Shown: positions 29,625 to 42,387 of the stretch, in pieces
Position numbering within the stretch: position 1 is the stretch's first letter
Layout: every line of letters starts with the position of its first letter
Assembly (NCBI GenBank): GCA_043228905.1
Contig: JBHGNT010000017.1
Location: forward strand, 1 to 64,000
Source of the DNA: Azolla caroliniana
Lineage: Eukaryota; Plantae; Polypodiophyta
Reading direction: 5' to 3'
DNA: 64,000 bases
The notes under the pieces: generated by a model
Databases searched by the model: none
Seen by the model: only the letters and a program-made list of their open reading frames with translations
What the model was told of the DNA's origin: nothing
Made by a program: the position numbers and the translations under genes

Positions 29625-32149
29625 TAATTCCATATCATAGCTAGCGTTGTTAGCTTCGATTCGCATGTTTGAACACAAAAATCCGATATCACACGACCCA
29701 TGAACATTTTAATTTACCTACTAGTTCTTCCCAACTCACTCCTCAAATTTGGTAATTTCGTCATGTCTCTGGACCTGAGTTTCAAAATCTTGATTTTTTA
29801 ATTCCATATCATAGCTAGCGTTGTTAGCTTCGATTCGCATGTTTGAAAACAAGAATCCGATATCATACTGACTAGGTATGAACATTTTAATTTACTCAAG
29901 GGCTCTTGTCAACTCCCTCGTCACGATTTCTAATTTCGTCATGTCTCTCGACCTGAGTTTAAAAATCTTGATTTTTTAATTCCATATCATAGCTAGCGTT
30001 GTTAGCTTCGATTCGCATGTTTGAACACAAAATTCCGATATCACACGACCCAGGTATGAACATTTTAATTTACCTACTAGCTCTTCCCAACTCACTCCTC
30101 AAATTTGGTAATTTCGTCATGTCTCTCGACCTGAGTTTCAAAATCTTGATTTTTTAATTCCATATCATAGCTAGCGTTGTTAGCTTCGATTCGCATGTTT
30201 GGAAACAAGAATCCGATATCACACTCGCCAGGTATGAACATTTTAATTTACCTACTAGCTCTTCCCAACTCACTCCTCAAATTTGGTAATTTCATCATGT
30301 CTCTCGACCTGAGTTTCATAATCTTGATTTTTTAATTCCATATTATAGCTAGCGTTGTTAGCTTCAATTCGCATGTTTGAAAACAAGAATCCGATATCAT
30401 ATTGACTAGGTATGAACATTTTAATTTACTCAAGGGCTCTTGTCAACTCCCTCGTCACGATTTCTAATTTCGGCATGTCTCTCGACCTGAGTTTAAAAAT
30501 CTTGATTTTTTAATTCCATATCAAAGCTAGCGTTGTTAGCTTCGATTCGCATGTTTGAACACAAAAATCCGATATCACACGACCCAGGTATGAACATTTT
30601 AATTTACGTAGTAGCTCTTCCCAACTCACTCCTCAAATTTGGTAATTTCGTCATGTCTCTCGACCTGAGTTTCAAAATCGTGATTTTTTAATTCCATATT
30701 ATAGCTAGCGTTGTTAGCTTCAATTCGCACGTTTGAAAACAAGAATCCGATATCACACGACCCAGGTATGAACATTTTAATTTACCTACTAGCTCTTCCC
30801 AACTCACTCCTCAAATTTGGTAATTTCATCATGTCTCTCGACCTGAGTTTCATAATCTTGATTTTTTAATTCCATATTATAGCTAGCGTTGTTAGCTTCA
30901 ATTCGCATGTTTGAAAACAAGAATCCGATATCATATTGACTAGGTATGAACATTTTAATTTACTCAAGGGCTCTTGTCAACTCCCTCGTCACGATTTCTA
31001 ATTTCGGCATGTCTCTCGACCTGAGTTTAAAAATCTTGATTTTTTAATTCCATATCAAAGCTAGCGTTGTTAGCTTCGATTCGCATGTTTGAACACAAAA
31101 ATCCGATATCACACGACCCAGGTATGAACATTTTAATTTACGTAGTAGCTCTTCCCAACTCACTCCTCAAATTTGGTAATTTCGTCATGTCTCTCGACCT
31201 GAGTTTCAAAATCGTGATTTTTTAATTCCATATTATAGCTAGCGTTGTTAGCTTCAATTCGCATGTTTGAAAACAAGAATCCGATATCACACGACCCAGG
31301 TATGAACATTTTAATTTTCCTACTAGCTCTTCCAAACTCACTCCTCAAATTTGGTAATTTCGTCATGTCTCTCGACCTGAGTTTCAAAATCTTGATTTTT
31401 TAATTCCATATTATAGCTAGCGTTGTTAGCTTCAATTCGCATGTTTGAAAACAAGAATCCGATATCACACGACCCAGGTATGAACATTTTAATTTACGTA
31501 GTAGCTCTTCCCAACTCACTCCTCAAATTTGGTAATTTCGTCATGTCTCTCGACCTGAGTTTCAAAATCGTGATTTTTTAATTCCATATTATAGCTAGCG
31601 TTGTTAGCTTCAATTCGCATGTTTGAAAACAAGAATCCGATATCACACGACCCAGGTATGAACATTTTAATTTACCTACTAGCTCTTCCCAACTCACTCC
31701 TCAAATTTGGTAATTTCATCATGTCTCTCGACCTGAGTTTCAAAATCTTGATTTTTTAATTCCATATTATAGCTAGCGTTGTTAGCTTCAATTCGCATGT
31801 TTGAAAACAAGAATCCGATATCATACTGACTAGGTATGAACATTTTAATTTACTCAAGGGCTCTTGTCAACTCCCTCGTCACGATTTCTAATTTCGTCAT
31901 GTCTCTCGACCTGAGTTTAAAAATCTTGATTTTTTAATTCCATATCATAGCTAGCGTTGTTAGCTTCGATTCGCATGTTTGAACACAAAATTCCGATATC
32001 ACACGACCCAGGTATGAACATTTTAATTTACGTAGTAGCTCTTCCCAACTCACTCCTCAAATTTGGTAATTTCGTCATGTCTCTCGACCTGAGTTTCAAA
32101 ATCGTGATTTTTTAATTCCATATTATAGCTAGCGTTGTTAGCTTCAATT

Positions 32150-35100
32150 CGCATGTTTGAAAACAAGAATCCGATATCACACGACCCAGGTATGAACATT
32201 TTAATTTACCTACTAGCTCTTCCCAACTCACTCCTCAAATTTGGTAATTTCATCATGTCTCTCGACCTGAGTTTCAAAATCTTGATTTTTTAATTCCATA
32301 TTATAGCTAGCGTTGTTAGCTTCAATTCGCATGTTTGAAAACAAGAATCCGATATCATACTGACTAGGTATGAACATTTTAATTTACTCAAGGGCTCTTG
32401 TCAACTCCCTCGTCACGATTTCTAATTTCGTCATGTCTCTCGACCTGAGTTTAAAAATCTTGATTTTTTAATTCCATATCATAGCTAGCGTTGTTAGCTT
32501 CGATTCGCATGTTTGAACACAAAATTCCGATATCACACGACCCAGGTATGAACATTTTAATTTACGTAGTAGCTCTTCCCAACTCACTCCTCAAATTTGG
32601 TAATTTCGTCATGTCTCTCGACCTGAGTTTCAAAATCGTGATTTTTTAATTCCATATTATAGCTAGCGTTGTTAGCTTCAATTCGCATGTTTGAAAACAA
32701 GAATCCGATATCATACTGACTAGGTATGAACATTTTAATTTACTCAAGGGCTCTTGTCAACTCCCTCGTCACGATTTTTTAATTCCATATCATAGCTAGC
32801 GTTGTTAGCTTCGATTCGCATGTTTGAACACAAAATTCCGATATCACACGACCCAGGTATGAACATTTTAATTTACCTACTAGCTCTTCCCAACTCACTC
32901 CTGAAATTTGGTAATTTCGTCATGTCTCTCGACCTGAGTTTCAAAATCTTGATTTTTTAATTCCATATCATAGCTAGCGTTGTTAGCTTCGATTCGCATG
33001 TTTGGAAACAAGAATCCGATATCACACGACCTAGGTATGAACATTTTAATTTACCTACTAGCTCTTCCAAACTCACTCCTCAAATTTGGTAATTTCGTCA
33101 TGTCTCTCGACCTGAGTTTCAAAATCTTGATTTTTTAATTCCATATTATAGCTAGCATTGTTAGCTTCAATTCGCATGTTTGAAAACAAGAATCCGATAT
33201 CACACGACCCAGGTATGAACATTTTAATTTACCTACTAGCTCTTCCCAACTCACTCCTCAAATTTGGTAATTTCATCATGTCTCTCGACCTGAGTTTCAA
33301 AATCTTGATTTTTTAATTCCATATTATAGCTAGCGTTGTTAGCTTCAATTCGCATGTTTGAAAACAAGAATCCGATATCATACTGACTAGGTATGAACAT
33401 TTTAATTTACTCAAGGGCTCTTGTCAACTCCCTCGTCACGATTTCTAATTTCGTCATGTCTCTCGACCTGAGTTTAAAAATCTTGATTTTTTAATTCCAT
33501 ATCATAGCTAGCGTTGTTAGCTTCGATTCGCATGTTTGAACACAAAATTCCGATATCACACGACCCAGGTATGAACATTTTAATTTACGTAGTAGCTCTT
33601 CCCAACTCACTCCTCAAATTTGGTAATTTCGTCATGTCTCTCGACCTGAGTTTCAAAATCGTGATTTTTTAATTCCATATTATAGCTAGCGTTGTTAGCT
33701 TCAATTCGCATGTTTGAAAACAAGAATCCGATATCATACTGACTAGGTATGAACATTTTAATTTACTCAAGGGCTCCTGTCAACTCCCTCGTCACGATTT
33801 CTAATTTCGTCATGTCTCTCGACCTGAGTTTAAAAATCTTGATTTTTTAATTCCATATCATAGCTAGGGTTGTTAGCTTCGATTCGCATGTTTGAACACA
33901 AAATTCCGATATCACACGACCCAGGTATGAACATTTTAATTTACCTACTAGCTCTTCCCAACTCACTCCTGAAATTTGGTAATTTCGTCATGTCTCTCGA
34001 CCTGAGTTTCAAAATCTTGATTTTTTAATTCCATATCATAGCTAGCGTTGTTAGCTTCGATTCGCATGTTTGGAAACAAGAATCCGATATCACACGACCT
34101 AGGTATGAACATTTTAATTTACCTACTAGCTCTTCCAAACTCACTCCTCAAATTTGGTAATTTCGTCATGTCTCTCGACCTGAGTTTCAAAATCTTGATT
34201 TTTTAATTCCATATTATAGCTAGCATTGTTAGCTTCAATTCGCATGTTTGAAAACAAGAATCCGATATCACACGACCCAGGTATGAACATTTTAATTTAC
34301 CTACTAGCTCTTCCCAACTCACTCCTCAAATTTGGTAATTTCATCATGTCTCTCGACCTGAGTTTCAAAATCTTGATTTTTTAATTCCATATTATAGCTA
34401 GCGTTGTTAGCTTCAATTCGCATGTTTGAAAACAAGAATCCGATATCATACTGACTAGGTATGAACATTTTAATTTACTCAAGGGCTCTTGTCAACTCCC
34501 TCGTCACGATTTCTAATTTCGTCATGTCTCTCGACCTGAGTTTAAAAATCTTGATTTTTTAATTCCATATCATAGCTAGCGTTGTTAGCTTCGATTCGCA
34601 TGTTTGAACACAAAATTCCGATATCACACGACCCAGGTATGAACATTTTAATTTACGTAGTAGCTCTTCCCAACTCACTCCTCAAATTTGGTAATTTCGT
34701 CATGTCTCTCGACCTGAGTTTCAAAATCGTGATTTTTTAATTCCATATTATAGCTAGCGTTGTTAGCTTCAATTCGCATGTTTGAAAACAAGAATCCGAT
34801 ATCATACTGACTAGGTATGAACATTTTAATTTACTCAAGGGCTCTTGTCAACTCCCTCGTCACGATTTTTTAATTCCATATCATAGCTAGCGTTGTTAGC
34901 TTCGATTCGCATGTTTGAACACAAAATTCCGATATCACACGACCCAGGTATGAACATTTTAATTTACCTACTAGCTCTTCCCAACTCACTCCTGAAATTT
35001 GGTAATTTCGTCATGTCTCTCGACCTGAGTTTCAAAATCTTGATTTTTTAATTCCATATCATAGCTAGCGTTGTTAGCTTCGATTCGCATGTTTGGAAAC

Positions 35101-36700
35101 AAGAATCCGATATCACACGACCTAGGTATGAACATTTTAATTTACCTACTAGCTCTTCCAAACTCACTCCTCAAATTTGGTAATTTCGTCATGTCTCTCG
35201 ACCTGAGTTTCAAAATCTTGATTTTTTAATTCCATATTATAGCTAGCATTGTTAGCTTCAATTCGCATGTTTGAAAACAAGAATCCGATATCACACGACC
35301 CAGGTATGAACATTTTAATTTACCTACTAGCTCTTCCCAACTCACTCCTCAAATTTGGTAATTTCATCATGTCTCTCGACCTGAGTTTCAAAATCTTGAT
35401 TTTTTAATTCCATATTATAGCTAGCGTTGTTAGCTTCAATTCGCATGTTTGAAAACAAGAATCCGATATCATACTGACTAGGTATGAACATTTTAATTTA
35501 CTCAAGGGCTCTTGTCAACTCCCTCGTCACGATTTCTAATTTCGTCATGTCTCTCGACCTGAGTTTAAAAATCTTGATTTTTTAATTCCATATCATAGCT
35601 AGCGTTGTTAGCTTCGATTCGCATGTTTGAACACAAAATTCCGATATCACACGACCCAGGTATGAACATTTTAATTTACGTAGTAGCTCTTCCCAACTCA
35701 CTCCTCAAATTTGGTAATTTCGTCATGTCTCTCGACCTGAGTTTCAAAATCGTGATTTTTTAATTCCATATTATAGCTAGCGTTGTTAGCTTCAATTCGC
35801 ATGTTTGAAAACAAGAATCCGATATCATACTGACTAGGTATGAACATTTTAATTTACTCAAGGGCTCCTGTCAACTCCCTCGTCACGATTTCTAATTTCG
35901 TCATGTCTCTCGACCTGAGTTTAAAAATCTTGATTTTTTAATTCCATATCATAGCTAGGGTTGTTAGCTTCGATTCGCATGTTTGAACACAAAATTCCGA
36001 TATCACACGACCCAGGTATGAACATTTTAATTTACCTACTAGCTCTTCCCAACTCACTCCTGAAATTTGGTAATTTCGTCATGTCTCTCGACCTGAGTTT
36101 CAAAATCTTGATTTTTTAATTCCATATCATAGCTAGCGTTGTTAGCTTCGATTCGCATGTTTGGAAACAAGAATCCGATATCACACGACCTAGGTATGAA
36201 CATTTTAATTTACCTACTAGCTCTTCCAAACTCACTCCTCAAATTTGGTAATTTCGTCATGTCTCTCGACCTGAGTTTCAAAATCTTGATTTTTTAATTC
36301 CATATTATAGCTAGCATTGTTAGCTTCAATTCGCATGTTTGAAAACAAGAATCCGATATCACACGACCCAGGTATGAACATTTTAATTTACCTACTAGCT
36401 CTTCCCAACTCACTCCTCAAATTTGGTAATTTCATCATGTCTCTCGACCTGAGTTTCAAAATCTTGATTTTTTAATTCCATATTATAGCTAGCGTTGTTA
36501 GCTTCAATTCGCATGTTTGAAAACAAGAATCCGATATCATACTGACTAGGTATGAACATTTTAATTTACTCAAGGGCTCTTGTCAACTCCCTCGTCACGA
36601 TTTCTAATTTCGTCATGTCTCTCGACCTGAGTTTAAAAATCTTGATTTTTTAATTCCATATCATAGCTAGCGTTGTTAGCTTCGATTCGCATGTTTGAAC
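32150..36700. repeat. Block duplication, offset 2091 bp (12 monomers minus a 45-bp deletion); approximate limits
   Basis: Deleted monomer ACGATTTTTTAATT at 32771/34862, GGGCTCCTG at 33771/35862, TAGCTAGGG at 33861/35952. Confidence 0.9.
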
Positions 36701-37311
36701 ACAAAATTCCGATATCACACGACCCAGGTATGAACATTTTAATTTACCTACTAGCTCTTCCCAACTCACTCCTGAAATTTGGTAATTTCGTCATGTCTCT
36801 CGACCTGAGTTTCAAAATCTTGATTTTTTAATTCCATATCATAGCTAGCGTTGTTAGCTTCGATTCGCATGTTTGGAAACAAGAATCCGATATCACACGA
36901 CCTAGGTATGAACATTTTAATTTACCTACTAGCTCTTCCAAACTCACTCCTCAAATTTGGTAATTTCGTCATGTCTCTCGACCTGAGTTTCAAAATCTTG
37001 ATTTTTTAATTCCATATTATAGCTAGCATTGTTAGCTTCAATTCGCATGTTTGAAAACAAGAATCCGATATCACACGACCCAGGTATGAACATTTTAATT
37101 TACCTACTAGCTCTTCCCAACTCACTCCTCAAATTTGGTAATTTCGTCATGTCTCTCGACCTGAGTTTCAAAATCTTGATTTTTTAATTCCATATCATAG
37201 CTAGCGTTGTTAGCTTCGATTCGCATGTTTGAACACAAAAATCCGATATCACACAACCCAGGTATGAACATTTTTATTTACCTACTAGCTCTTCCCAACT
37301 CACTCCTCAAA

Positions 37312-37385
37312 CCCTAAACCCCTAAACCCTAAACCCTAAACCCTAAACCCTAAACCCTAAACCCTAAACCCTAAACCCTAAACCC
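37312..37385 (-). repeat. Interstitial telomeric sequence copy 3, 74 bp
   Basis: Identical to copy 1. Confidence 0.98.
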
Positions 37386-40300
37386 TAATTCCATATCATA
37401 GCTAGCGTTGTTAGCTTCGATTCGCATGTTTGAACACAAAAATCCGATATCACACGACCCATGAACATTTTAATTTACCTACTAGTTCTTCCCAACTCAC
37501 TCCTCAAATTTGGTAATTTCGTCATGTCTCTGGACCTGAGTTTCAAAATCTTGATTTTTTAATTCCATATCATAGCTAGCGTTGTTAGCTTCGATTCGCA
37601 TGTTTGAAAACAAGAATCCGATATCATACTGACTAGGTATGAACATTTTAATTTACTCAAGGGCTCTTGTCAACTCCCTCGTCACGATTTCTAATTTCGT
37701 CATGTCTCTCGACCTGAGTTTAAAAATCTTGATTTTTTAATTCCATATCATAGCTAGCGTTGTTAGCTTCGATTCGCATGTTTGAACACAAAATTCCGAT
37801 ATCACACGACCCAGGTATGAACATTTTAATTTACCTACTAGCTCTTCCCAACTCACTCCTCAAATTTGGTAATTTCGTCATGTCTCTCGACCTGAGTTTC
37901 AAAATCTTGATTTTTTAATTCCATATCATAGCTAGCGTTGTTAGCTTCGATTCGCATGTTTGGAAACAAGAATCCGATATCACACGACCTAGGTATGAAC
38001 ATTTTAATTTACCTACTAGCTCTTCCAAACTCACTCCTCAAATTTGGTAATTTCGTCATGTCTCTCGACCTGAGTTTCAAAATCTTGATTTTTTAATTCC
38101 ATATTATAGCTAGCATTGTTAGCTTCAATTCGCATGTTTGAAAACAAGAATCCGATATCACACGACCCAGGTATGAACATTTTTATTTACCTACTAGCTC
38201 TTCCCAACTCACTCCTCAAATTTGGTAATTTCGTCATGTCTCTCGACCTGAGTTTCAAAATCTTGATTTTTTAATTCCATATCATAGCTAGCGTTGTTAG
38301 CTTCGATTCGCATGTTTGAAAACAAGAATCCGATATCACACTCACTAGGTATGAACATTTTAATTTACTCAAGGGCTCTTCCCAACTCCCTCGTCACGAT
38401 TTCTAATTTCGTCATGTCTCTCGACCTGAGTTTAAAAATTTGATTTTTTAATTCCATATCATAGCTAGCATTGTTAGCTTCGATTCGCATGTTTGAAAAC
38501 AAGAATCCGATATCACACAACCCAGGTATGAACATTTTAATTTACCTACTAGCTCTTCCCAACTCACTCCTCAAATTTGGTAATTTCGTCATGTCTCTCG
38601 ACCTGAGTTTCAAAATCTTGATTTTTTAATTCCATATCATAGCTAGCGTTGTTAGCTTCGATTCGCATGTTTGAAAACAAGAATCCGATATCACACGACC
38701 TAGGTATGAACATTTTAATTTACCTACTAGCTCTTCCCAACTCACTCCTCAAATTTGGTAATTTCGTCATGTCTCTCGACCTGAGTTTCAAAATCTTGAT
38801 TTTTTAATTCCATATCATAGCTAGCGTTGTTAGCTTCGATTTGCATGTTTGACCACAACAATCCGATATCACACGACCCAGGTATGAACATTTTAATTTA
38901 CCTACTAGCTCTTCCCAACTCACTCCTCAAATTTGGTAATTTCGTCATGTCTCTCGACCTGAGTTTCAAAATCTTGATTTTTTAATTCCATATCATAGCT
39001 AGCGTTGTTAGCTTCGATTCGCATGTTTGAACACAAAAATCCGATATCACACGACCTAGGTATGAACATTTTAATTTACCTACTAGCTCTTCCTAACTCA
39101 CTCCTCAAATTTGGTAATTTCGTCATGTCTCTCGACCTGAGTTTCAAAATCTTGATTTTTTAATTCCATATTATAGCTAGCGTTGTTAGCTTCAATTCGA
39201 ATGTTTGAAAACAAGAATCCGATATCACACGACCCAGGTATGAACATTTTAATTTACGTAGTAGCTCTTCCCAACTCACTCCTCAAATTTGGTAATTTCG
39301 TCATGTCTCTCGACCTGAGTTTCAAAATCGTGATTTTTTAATTCCATATTATAGCTAGCGTTGTTAGCTTCAATTCGCATGTTTGAAAACAAGAATCCGA
39401 TATCACACGACCCAGGTATGAACATTTTAATTTACCTACTAGCTCTTCCCAACTCACTCCTCAAATTTGGTAATTTCATCATGTCTCTCGACCTGAGTTT
39501 CAAAATCTTGATTTTTTAATTCCATATTATAGCTAGCATTGTTAGCTTCAATTCGCATGTTTGAAAACAAGAATCCGATATCATACTGACTAGGTATGAA
39601 CATTTTAATTTACTCAAGGGCTCTTGTCAACTCCCTCGTCACGATTTCTAATTTCGTCATGTCTCTCGACCTGAGTTTAAAAATCTTGATTTTTTAATTC
39701 CATATCATAGCTAGCGTTGTTAGCTTCGATTCGCATGTTTGAACACAAAATTCCGATATCACACGACCCAGGTATGAACATTTTAATTTACGTAGTAGCT
39801 CTTCCCAACTCACTCCTCAAATTTGGTAATTTCGTCATGTCTCTCGACCTGAGTTTCAAAATCGTGATTTTTTAATTCCATATTATAGCTAGCGTTGTTA
39901 GCTTCAATTCGCACGTTTGAAAACAAGAATCCGATATCACACGACCCAGGTATGAACATTTTAATTTACCTACTAGCTCTTCCCAACTCACTCCTCAAAT
40001 TTGGTAATTTCATCATGTCTCTCGACCTGAGTTTCAAAATCTTGATTTTTTAATTCCATATTATAGCTAGCGTTGTTAGCTTCAATTCGCATGTTTGAAA
40101 ACAAGAATCCGATATCATACTGACTAGGTATGAACATTTTAATTTACTCAAGGGCTCTTGTCAACTCCCTCGTCACGATTTCTAATTTCGTCATGTCTCT
40201 CGACCTGAGTTTAAAAATCTTGATTTTTTAATTCCATATCATAGCTAGCGTTGTTAGCTTCGATTCGCATGTTTGAACACAAAATTCCGATATCACACGA

Positions 40301-42313
40301 CCCAGGTATGAACATTTTAATTTACGTAGTAGCTCTTCCCAACTCACTCCTCAAATTTGGTAATTTCGTCATGTCTCTCGACCTGAGTTTCAAAATCGTG
40401 ATTTTTTAATTCCATATTATAGCTAGCATTGTTAGCTTCAATTCGCATGTTCGAAAACAAGAATCCGATATCATACTGACTAGGTATGAACATTTTAATT
40501 TACTCAAGGGCTCTTGTCAACTCCCTCGTCACGATTTCTAATTTCGTCATGTCTCTCGACCTGAGTTTAAAAATCTTGATTTTTTAATTCCATATCATAG
40601 CTAGCGTTGTTAGCTTCGATTCGCATGTTTGAACACAAAATTCCGATATCACACGACCCAGGTATGAACATTTTAATTTACCTACTAGCTCTTCCCAACT
40701 CACTCCTGAAATTTGGTAATTTCGTCATGTCTCTCGACCTGAGTTTCAAAATCTTGATTTTTTAATTCCATATCATAGCTAGCGTTGTTAGCTTCGATTC
40801 GCATGTTTGGAAACAAGAATCCGATATCACACGACCTAGGTATGAACATTTTAATTTACCTACTAGCTCTTCCAAACTCACTCCTCAAATTTGGTAATTT
40901 CGTCATGTCTCTCGACCTGAGTTTCAAAATCTTGATTTTTTAATTCCATATTATAGCTAGCGTTGTTAGCTTCGATTCGCATGTTTGAACACAAAAATCC
41001 GATATCACACGACCCAGGTATGAACATTTTAATTTACCTACTAGCTCTTCCCAACTCACTCCTCAAATTTGGTAATTTCGTCATGTCTCTCGACCTGAGT
41101 TTCAAAATCTTGATTTTTTAATTCCATATCATAGCTAGCGTTGTTAGCTTCGATTCGCATGTTTGAAAACAAGAATCCGATATCACACGACCTAGGTATG
41201 AACATTTTAATTTACCTACTAGCTCTTCTAAACTCACTCCTCAAATTTGGTAATTTCGTCATCTCTCTCTACCTGAGTTTCTTAATCTTGATTTTTTAAT
41301 TCCATATCATAGCTAGCGTTGTTAGCTTCGATTCGCATGTTTGAACACAAAAATCCGATATCACACTCGTTAGGTATGAACATTTTAATTTACCTACTAG
41401 CTCTTCCCAACTCACTCCTCAAATTTGGTAATTTCATCATGTCTCTCGACCTGAGTTTCAAAATCTTGATTTTTTAATTCCATATTATAGCTAGCGTTGT
41501 TAGCTTCAATTCGCATGTTTGAAAACAAGAATCCGATATCATACTGACTAGGTATGAACATTTTAATTTACTCAAGGGCTCTTGTCAACTCCCTCGTCAC
41601 GATTTCTAATTTCGTCATGTCTCTCGACCTGAGTTTAAAAATCTTGATTTTTTAATTCCATATCATAGCTAGCGTTGTTAGCTTCGATTCGCATGTTTGA
41701 ACACAAAATTCCGATATCACACGACCCAGGTATGAACATTTTAATTTACCTACTAGCTCTTCCCAACTCACTCCTGAAATTTGGTAATTTCGTCATGTCT
41801 CTCGACCTGAGTTTCAAAATCTTGATTTTTTAATTCCATATCATAGCTAGCGTTGTTAGCTTCGATTCGCATGTTTGGAAACAAGAATCCGATATCACAC
41901 TGACTAGGTATGAACATTTTAATTTACCTACTAGCTCTTCCAAACTCACTCCTCAAATTTGGTAATTTCGTCATGTCTCTCGACCTGAGTTTCAAAATCT
42001 TGATTTTTTAATTCCATATTATAGCTAGCATTGTTAGCTTCAATTCGCATGTTTGAAAACAAGAATCCGATATCACACGACCCAGGTATGAACATTTTAA
42101 TTTACCTACTAGCTCTTCCCAACTCACTCCTCAAATTTGGTAATTTCGTCATGTCTCTCGACCTGAGTTTCAAAATCTTGATTTTTTAATTCCATATCAT
42201 AGCTAGCGTTGTTAGCTTCGATTCGCATGTTTGAACACAAAAATCCGATATCACACAACCCAGGTATGAACATTTTTATTTACCTACTAGCTCTTCCCAA
42301 CTCACTCCTCAAA

Positions 42314-42387
42314 CCCTAAACCCCTAAACCCTAAACCCTAAACCCTAAACCCTAAACCCTAAACCCTAAACCCTAAACCCTAAACCC
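42314..42387 (-). repeat. Interstitial telomeric sequence copy 4, 74 bp
   Basis: Identical to copy 1. Confidence 0.98.

Noticed and set aside
1221-31387. Short minus-strand ORFs in the satellite (1221, 1577, 4425, 16882, 19019, 31160)
   Set aside because: They are chance read-throughs of the 178-bp monomer created by single variants that remove a stop. There is no recognisable domain, and the frame shifts every monomer.
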